Part shown: positions 55,739-64,000 of the stretch, piece after piece
Layout of the letters: the number at the start of each line of letters is the position of its first letter
Numbering within the stretch: the stretch's first letter is position 1
Assembly (NCBI RefSeq): GCF_006345805.1
Contig: NC_043003.1
Location: 76,446,001-76,510,000, forward strand
DNA: 64,000 nt
Direction: 5' to 3'
Source of the DNA: Octopus sinensis
Lineage: Eukaryota
Notes under the pieces: generated by a model
What the model was told of the DNA's origin: nothing
Database searches by the model: none
The model's input: only the letters and a program-made list of their open reading frames with translations
Made by a program: the position numbers and the translations under genes

Positions 55739-56168
55739 GCCCTGATGCAGTACCAGACAGTGGCTCGCATGGCTTCTGATCATAACTGATTGGAAGAGTT
55801 ATCATGTACATTGTTTTGTCTTGGTATAAAAGATGGGCTACAGCAAATATTCTGCTCAATATCATAGATTTGCTTGTCAGTTGTTTGAACTTAACCAGTT
55901 GACCATGTCCTTTAGTGGGTGACGATATGTGCATCTCTGATCATGCGCAGAAGTAGTGGGGAAGCATCATAGCCGTGTGTTGAAGGGAACTCTTAGAGGT
56001 TTGGATAATTCACCTTTGGGCTCATGGGTGGTTCGTAAAACATCCTTAAAGAATCTTTATTCAGGGACCTTTCGAGTGGGATGGGCTACTCAATCAGAAG
56101 AAAATTCTAACTGGGTCCCACCTGCAAGGTACATAGGGAGTTATTCTTGTAGCTTGCTGCCTTAGCGA
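55737..56168 (+). mobile_element. Non-coding (TAA)n-flanked element, copy 2
   Basis: Homologous to 7707-8131 (reverse) and 56286-56762. Confidence 0.8.
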
Positions 56169-56285
56169 TAATAATAATAATAATAATGATAATAATAATA
56201 ATATTAATAATTATAATAATAATAATAATAATAATCATGATGATGATGCCGATATTATGGCTGTAAAGATCAACAACAATAATAA

Positions 56286-56762
56286 ATGTCCGTGTGCAAT
56301 AATACGCACTTGCACTCATGGCTTCTCATCTTTACTGTTTGGAAGTTTTATCATATACACGTCTTGTCCTGATACAAAAGATGGTCTACAGCAAAAATTA
56401 TGCTTAATACCACAGATTTACTTGTCAGTTGCTTGACCTTTAGCATGTCCCTTGGTGGCTGATGATATGTGCATCTCTAATAACGAGCAGGAATTATGAG
56501 GAAAAATCATAGCCATGTGTTGAGAGGAATTATTTAGGGTTCGAATAATTCATCGCTGGAAACATCGGTGTTTTGTTCATCATCCTTAAAGCAGCCTCAG
56601 TCAGAGACCTTTTGAGGAGATGGACTACTCAACCAGGAGAATTTTCTAGCAGGGCCCCACCTGCAATGTCATGCGCTGTTTATCTTCATACAAGCCCACC
56701 ATGTCGCACATATATGGTTGTGATGCATGTGCCTAGTGTGCCTTTATCTGACGAATAGTCAG
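56286..56762 (+). mobile_element. Non-coding (TAA)n-flanked element, copy 3
   Basis: Homologous to the two other copies; followed by (TAA)n at 56763-56810. Confidence 0.8.
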
Positions 56763-56813
<51 letters not shown>

Positions 56814-56869
56814 TTCCATTTTTTTATGTGTTTTTATTTTTCTATTATATTTAGCTTTTTAAAAATGTT

Positions 56870-57700
56870 TTGTCAACGCCGGGGTAGTGAGTCTAGTTGA
56901 GCGCCCATCATTTATAAAATGCCCCAGTTGCCTGGACAAGGCCTGTCCTCTGACAGTCAAGCCCGACTGCTTCGCCAAACTAACAGAAGCGTGGGGAATG
57001 GCAAGTATCTGGCGCCTTCAAATAACCAGTGCTCCAGGTAGTCTGTAGCATTGGATGGCAAGCAGCCTACGAAAAGGAGCACTCTGAGTTCAAAATCAGG
57101 GGAGCAAGACCCCTGCCGCCTTGGTGGACTACCGTGATAGAGATGGTGTCTCGATAAGAATACCGTTTGGTAGTAACCTAAAAACACACCTGATTTGTGA
57201 GTGAAAATGTGAAGCAAAATAGATGACGATAACAGTGTGAATGGGAATGGAACCAATGGTGAAGGTCTCGCACCCAGCAGGTACCCCACTGTGCAGCAGG
57301 GTGGGCATAGTCGTAAGGCAGCAACTGCTAGTCATGCCACAAGACATAAGTGGTATAAACATGACGCTTGTGGAGTGTTACTATCGGAGCACTCTAGTAG
57401 ATGCGAATCGCGTGCCTGTCAGAGGGTACAGAAAACAAATGCACAGCGAATGGAAAGCAATGGAAATCTCCGAAATTATTGAACAGAGATTATGTGACAA
57501 CGTAACGGCAATAAGTGGGAAATACGAAGGTAGTGGTCAAAGAAGAGACTAGACGTGATACCAATATTAATTGGTGCATTTGGATGTATCAGCACCTAAC
57601 TACCAGCATGGCTGAAAAAGATCAGTGCAAGTGTGCAGGCAGAACACCTGCAAAAATCAGCATTGCTTGGAACATTCTATCATATCCAACTAAATATGCT
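56870..57700 (+). mobile_element. R4/Dong-type LINE with large internal deletion
   Basis: N-terminal VECYYRSTLVDANRVPVRGYRKQMHSEW..EQRLCD joined to C-terminal DVIPILIGAFG..EHLQKSALLGT. Confidence 0.75.
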
Positions 57701-58100
57701 GTGAGTTTTCATATAACTTCCTCCATTCTCTTTTTTAAGCTGGCTGTTGAGGCAAACAATGTCAAGGTAACCACTTTGCACACATTTTGATACCCGAAGT
57801 TTTCTGCCATCTTCTATATTGCATCGTAATCAAAGTTCAGTCATACTGCAAGCTCGTGGATTGTGACTTATCTGCCACTCACTAGTGATTTGTGTCTGTA
57901 TTCCAAGGTAATAATTACTACTGCGTGAATGGTCTTCTATGCTGGTACCCACACCTTTAAACTTCTTCAAACATATGCCCATATTGCCCTGTAAATATAG
58001 TCCTCTCCGCAAACAAGTTGTGACATCCACAGCCAGTCTCCCCTCCTTCGTCAAGAATTCAGTGACAGTACGTTGCTTCAACTTGGAATCGATTATTTGC
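57700..58100 (-). mobile_element. Mariner transposase remnant
   Basis: KQRTVTEFLTKEG..FKGVGTSIEDHSRS (HTH region) and FGYQNVCKVV (cf. LGYRKVCARWVP). Confidence 0.65.
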
Positions 58101-59319
58101 CCGCAATGAAGTGCATAGAAAAATGTTAATATAGAGGAAGTTACTTTAACAACTTGTGCAGTTTAAACGACCTATATCAGTTAATAAATGTAGTCATGCC
58201 ACTTAGCATAACTTTCGGTACAGCCTTCATATTTACATTAATCGTAGTCAAGGTTTACCGTGCATCATACTATAGATAAAGCAATCTATTATCTGATAAC
58301 AAAGGGGCAGAATCAATATTTATATATCCCATGGTGAGAGCGATAAAGCCACAATTAGTTGTTTGCGAATCGACACAAGAACACTATGTCAATAACCCTC
58401 AATTAAATATATTTAACCAAATTAAAACCGCTAATGCTTTTAAGAAACCCATGAAGATCACAATAGCCATTTCGACTTTCCATAAAAAAGAGATAAAAGC
58501 AACTACTTAAAAACAATACTTTCAAGCAAAGTAAAACAAATTATATTTACATAAAGAGGTAAACGCTGCAGAGCTATTTATGTTGAAAATCGACATGTGG
58601 AGTAACTCGCGATTTAAGTTCCCGCTGGAAACCATTTCGCATCAATTAAATAGATAATACCCCCGAGACAGGAACGTCACATAAATATGATTCCTTTTCC
58701 ATATAAATTTCTGATCAAGTGCCTAAGTTAGAAGTCGAAATATTTCCAAAAGCTTTTAATGATGCTGAATGCATTCAATAATCTCTTAAAACCAACAGAA
58801 GTAGCACTTAGCGTGAAAGCTATCCGTTACGGAAGAATAATCCAAGCATCGGATTAGGACATTTAATAATAATAAAATGCTTTTATCGCTCCCCTTTGGC
58901 GGGCGGATAGCAATATCTCACTATGAACTTTTGTGACGTGTTAATACGTTGTGGGCCCTTATTAGTTTAAGGAGGTTTGCTATAAACAACAGAACTACAG
59001 TGTTACATCATTAAACTTTTCCTCCTGGATCAACACTATGACAGACAAATGTATCTATCAGTCTCACTCTCTTTCTCTCCCTCTTTATCTATCTATCTAT
59101 CTATGTATCTCTCTATCTGTCTTTATGTATCTCTCTATCTCGCTATCTATCTCTTTCGTTCTATTTTTCGAGAAACTTTTGATAGACGATATACTCACAA
59201 ACACTATGTTTTTGGATGTTACTATTCATAAACGTGCAAATTTATACATCAGACACAGACTCACCAATAATGGAACACTGGCCACATATATCTATTTGCC
59301 TTTCTACCTATTAACCTCT

Positions 59320-59890
59320 GTGTGAGGAGGTGCATGCTTGCTTCATACTCATGATTCGTGGGGCTGGGGTCATCCCACGTTTGTGATCCCAGAGGCGTCA
59401 TTGTGTGTAGAGGGGACCAGACCCTCTAGTACTCCCTATTGCTGACGGCCCCGTGCAGATCCTCAGCATCCTCTAAGATGAAGTTGAACCTCTGGAGATC
59501 TTCCTATTTCACATCCAGCCATCTGGTGCTGGGCCTGCCACGCGACTTCTTCCACCCCGTTCGACGGAGCTGCTGCGTCAAACGAGAGGCCCTGGTAGAA
59601 TGATCTAAAGGCAGGTAGAGGGCATGTCCGTACAAGTGCAAGCAGTAGAACACTAAGAGTTGGAGAGTGCAGAGTGATGCGTGAGCACGCAGTTGTTCGT
59701 TGGAAACGTGATAGAACCATCTGATCAACTGTAGCTGTGGTATGGGCCTCGGTGTCCTGTAATCCCTATCGAAACCCCTTAGGCGCTCCTTGGGCGCCAT
59801 TGCTTTGTCTCCAGGAAGAATAAGCGCCACATCTACAACGGGTCGGTCCTTTTCTTCCTCCCCTATCGAGAACAGACATTATCTCACACC
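59320..59890 (-). mobile_element. RTE-type LINE 3' fragment
   Basis: IRWFYHVSNEQLR..LYGHALYLPLDH..GWKKSRGRPSTRWLDVK*EDL. Confidence 0.8.
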
Positions 59891-59931
59891 AAGACCCCGG
59901 CGAATAGGATACATGTGTGTATGTATATATA

Positions 59932-60154
59932 CAGTAATCCCTCGATCCGGGGGTGTTATGTTCCAAAATATCCTGCGAAGGAGAAACAGTACTGCACTGT
60001 ATATTTTTTTATTATTTTCATAATTTGTATATATTTATTTTATTATAACTGCAAAGCAACAGCATAAGGGAATCGACGTAAGCTTAAAAAATAAACCGCG
60101 AGAGGTGAACTGCGAGAGGTGAACCTTTATAGGTTAACTTTATAGGGATTACTG
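59932..60154. mobile_element. Tc1/pogo (Tigger-like) MITE
   Basis: TIRs CAGTAATCCCT / AGGGATTACTG with a TA duplication on both sides. Confidence 0.85.
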
Positions 60155-60171
60155 TATATATAAATATATAA

Positions 60172-60228
<57 letters not shown>

Positions 60229-60252
60229 TAAAATTATATATATATGAGAACA

Positions 60253-60852
60253 TGAGAACATAGACTTTTTGTGGAGAATGGCGATTTGACGTCTATATCT
60301 AGCATGTTGACTGTCCACTTTTCGTGTTCAGTCCTTAATTGGTATATATAGATATTTTAATCTTCGGATTCTTTCTTTAATATGCTAGACCACTGGTTCT
60401 AATTGATAAATATCAATTTTTACCCTAAATTTAATTTTATATAAATATTTGTTCTGTAACCGATAAATTAACTGCTGCTAACTATTAGCTGCAGGCTAGT
60501 TTTCTCGGGTCTCATCGCGCCAAAATTAGAGACATTTGAAATATATATTTCAAATGTAATAGGCCGTACTCCATGCACGCGATATTTCGGTATCGTGTTG
60601 GCATTTAGTACAGCAAATTACATTTTATATGGGACCATGCTGATGATGGCTGCACTTTTCCTTGCGGAAAATAACAGCCGAAACTAAATTTAGTACATGG
60701 GTAAATATTTATTTCGTATATTTTTCACTTGTTTATTGTTTTGGTTTTGTGTTTGAGTTTGATCTGAGAACATAGACTTTTTGTGGAGAATGGCGATTTG
60801 ACGTCTATATCTAGCATGTTGACTGTCCACTTTTCGTGTTCAGTCCTTAATT

Positions 60853-60854
<2 letters not shown>
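60253..60854 (+). mobile_element. Retrozyme-like element: 512 bp unit, identical 90 bp terminal direct repeats, internal HHR
   Basis: 60253-60342 equals 60765-60854; TA tracts on both sides. Confidence 0.85.
60635..60700 (+). ncRNA. Type I hammerhead ribozyme
   Basis: ccatg CTGATGA t ggctg..cagcc GAAA ctaaatttag TA catgg; predicted cleavage after 60695. Confidence 0.8.
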
Positions 60855-60912
<58 letters not shown>

Positions 60913-60959
60913 CACACATGCGCATGCATTAATGCATGGATACAGAAACTTTGGAGGAT

Positions 60960-61132
60960 AGCACTAGTCGATTAGACCGACCCCAGTGCTAAAATAGCAT
61001 TTACATTATAGACCCCGGAAGAATCAAGGCCAAATTCCACCTGGGTAGAATTTGAATTCAGAAGGTAAAGATGGACGAAATGCTGCTAAGAATTTTGTCG
61101 ACTACACTAGCGATTGTGCTAAGTCGCCTCCT
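60960..61132 (-). mobile_element. SINE family A, diverged
   Basis: GAATTTGAATTCAGAAGGTAAAGATGGACGAAATGCTGCTAAG. Confidence 0.65.
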
Positions 61133-61429
61133 AATAAACATGTATAATGTATTGATATTTCTATGTGTGCATCAATGAATATCAATCAACAAGCGCACGT
61201 GTATGCACAAACATAGACACACACTCATATGCGCACTCACAAACACGAGGCCTATAAAACGAAAGTGGGTAGAATTTTTTTATAACTGACATCGGTTGCT
61301 AAAATTACAAATATCGGTAGCACAATACTGCCTCTGTAATAACTCCAATTTTTGATCGTCATTGTACTACTATGCAACGGGTTTCATAGGGAAGCAATCT
61401 CCCGTCATTTAATTCTTGGCCACGTAGTT

Positions 61430-61760
61430 GTGCAGGCTATCCGACACTCATAGAAGGTTGCGGGTTTTTCACGGAGATGACAATATTGACCACGACAATG
61501 TACACACATGCTTCAAGAAAGTGAATGGAAAACCGGCATTGAAGGAAAGCTAGTAGGTGGAAGATTATCAGCCGCAAAAGTTTACATGATTCATCAATGA
61601 CTGGGTTAACTGATTCGAGCAAATAAATTAGTCACAGTGAGCTACCTGTATGACTGCACTGCGATAACACAAGATGGGGGAAAATGTAAGGTATTGGAAA
61701 GCGTGTGCAATGCAGGTGCTGTGGCAGTTAACATAAAATTTGGAGGAGAGAAGTAGGAAT
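61430..61760 (+). mobile_element. CR1-like RT, heavily decayed
   Basis: Across frameshifts: DTHRRL, FIND, (A)DNT..GGK. Confidence 0.4.
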
Positions 61761-61902
61761 GACTGCTTTGATTTGTTGAAAGCCTTTGATACTAATGTTA
61801 TATTTTTACCCCTAGCCAGGTAACAGGTTATGAAGCCTCGCCATGAATTAAGGATATGTATGTTTGTATGTATTTATGTTTCTATCTACCTATGTAATTA
61901 TG

Positions 61903-61985
<83 letters not shown>

Positions 61986-62281
61986 AGTAATGGTTATCGC
62001 CATTTCAATATGGATGTTCCGTACGAATCAACGTTAGTACTATTCCTAACCCCAGGATGAAGCCTCCTCCAGCAGGGTTTTCGAAGCAATCTGCACCCGA
62101 TGTATATTAAAAGTAGAGTGGCATATCTCTACCACCTTCCAGCTACGAAGACGGGACCACTAGAACACTAGGTTTCGAGCTATTTGTACTCTTTTTGGTG
62201 GTGGACACCCGTCCTAAGAGGTGGCACAAATTGCTCCAGCTCGGAATGAATAGAAAAATAAGTGACAACAAGTCTAATATT

Positions 62282-62596
62282 GCAACAAGCAAAGCAGCTA
62301 GTTCGTAAATCTCTATAAAAGATGAAATTAGTAATTATATGGAGAAGTAATTTTTAATGCCACTTCAGGACGGCTGTTCCATAGCAATCGATCTTACTAC
62401 CGTTTTTAACCCCAGGGGGAAGCCTCCCCCCAGCTAGTTATTGATGCAATCTGCACTCGATATATAATCTAAGTATGAGAATATTTACAATGCTGAATCC
62501 CACCACTAAGAATGAGAACACATGTCTCAAGACCGGATGGTCTGATGGACCCGTCGTCGTCGTTGGAAGACGGTAGGGGGTTCACTCCCCCGCTTG

Positions 62597-62636
<40 letters not shown>

Positions 62637-62838
62637 TACATATATATATATAATATATATATATATATACATATATCGGGTGCAGATTGCATCGATAACA
62701 GCTCCTGGAGTGAAAAGCGGTAGTAACGTCGATCCCTGCGGGACAACCATGTTGGAGTGGAAGTAAACATTACTTCTCACTATAGCCGCTACTTTCATTT
62801 CTGATAGAGATATTCTAACTAGAAGCTTTACTTGCTGG
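62282..62838. mobile_element. Foldback/MITE-like element with ~175 bp imperfect inverted arms
   Basis: 62282-62463 aligns with the reverse complement of 62671-62838; partial extra copy at 62046-62108. Confidence 0.7.
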
Positions 62839-62858
62839 ATATATATATATAAACGGAT

Positions 62859-62859
<1 letters not shown>

Positions 62860-62946
<87 letters not shown>
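62860..62946. repeat. (TG)n microsatellite
   Basis: Direct reading. Confidence 0.95.
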
Positions 62947-62949
<3 letters not shown>

Positions 62950-63581
62950 CGCTACACGCAGTGACTTGTCAATGACAAAATCAGTTTTGCATGCTGCGAA
63001 AACATGGTTTACTTTAGGTCTCACTTCAGCTGAAGTGGAGAATAAACGCTATTTTGGGTAGTATCAATTAATCAATTACAATATTTGTTGTTGATTGTTT
63101 TCTGCACATTTTATGAAAGCAACGCTGTATATTCTTTAAAATATTGCGTATTCTAAGATATGTACAGTTGTTCGAGGTGGATATTTTGTGGACATTTCGC
63201 CAGCTAGAAACAATAGTCTTCCGTGTCATACACTTCTGTCTTGAAAATAGAATAAGCTAAAACAATAAAACGCTGTTATAATTCGTAGCTTTGATTATAC
63301 ATTTACTTGATCAAGGGTGGTACGAGTATGAAAAACAAACTTGGAAACAGAAACAATAGTGATGACTGAAATGCGATGTAAAATCTGAACTTAGAGTTGC
63401 TACACTGGTGTCTGTTTTTTTTTAATGATTTCTTATTATCGTCAATTTTCCCTTCTAACTCTCTTACTAACTTATTTAGATGTTTGTTATACGAATGTAT
63501 TTAGAATGAAGGTAATAGATTGATATGTGGGGAACAGGATTTCATTAGAATGAATAATGAAAACGGTATATTATTCTTTCC

Positions 63582-63989
63582 TTCTCTAGCCACAAGGCCC
63601 GAAATTTTTGGGAAGGGGTCAATCGATTAGATCATCCCAGTACGCAACTGGTACTTAATTTATCGACTCTGAAATTTGAACCTCGGCGAAATTTGAACCT
63701 CGGCGAAATTTGAACCTCGGCGGAATTTGAACTCAGAACATAAAGACAGACGAAATACCTATTTCTTTACTAACCACAAGGGGCTAAACACAGAGAGGAC
63801 AAACAAGGACAGACAAACGGATTAAGTCGATTACATCGACCCCAGTACGAACTGGTACTTATTTATCAACCTCGAAAGGATGAAAGGCAAAGTGGAACTC
63901 GGCGGAATTTGAACTCAGAACGTAACGACAGACGAAATACCGCTAAGGATTTTGACGGCGTGCTAACGTTTCTGCCAGCTCGCCACCTT
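63582..63989 (-). mobile_element. SINE family A, partial concatemer
   Basis: Head GCCAGCTCGCCACCTT at the end; junction GAAATACC|TATTTCTTTAC; 17-bp unit GAAATTTGAACCTCGGC x3 at about 63671-63722. Confidence 0.85.
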
Positions 63990-64000
63990 TAATAATAATG

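Noticed and set aside
56880-57030. HDV-like ribozyme candidate at the 5' end of the Dong element (CTG-TCCTCTGA-CAG)
   Set aside because: The P3/L3 likeness is good, but I could not find convincing P1 5' or P2 partner strands or a J4/2 motif.
63671-63722. 17 bp direct repeats suggesting a CRISPR-like array
   Set aside because: Contiguous tandem duplication inside a SINE, with no spacers, in eukaryotic context.

Overview
AT-rich, microsatellite-dense animal genomic DNA. The SINE families and repeat load suggest a cephalopod, probably Octopus; this is recognition from memory, not a database hit. I found no host protein-coding gene I can identify, no rRNA, tRNA gene or CRISPR array, so the window reads as intergenic or intronic. 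Most ORF-track entries are translations of microsatellites. The real coding remnants all belong to retroelements or transposons: a Penelope-like element (RT thumb + GIY-YIG), a CR1-like RT with an open 3' ORF, RTE and Tx1/L1 fragments, a mariner remnant, and a head-to-tail array of R4/Dong-type LINEs at 51-57.7 kb separated by trinucleotide repeats. The most notable signal is a set of about eight type-I hammerhead-ribozyme (HHR) motifs, read by eye. Three sit inside 350-510 bp non-coding units with terminal direct repeats (retrozyme-like), two inside elements with inverted arms, and one is a U3-A8 covariant core directly 3' of the Penelope ORF. Most of these elements lie in or next to (TA)n tracts. 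No folding, alignment or database search was run, and element boundaries are approximate unless a motif is quoted.
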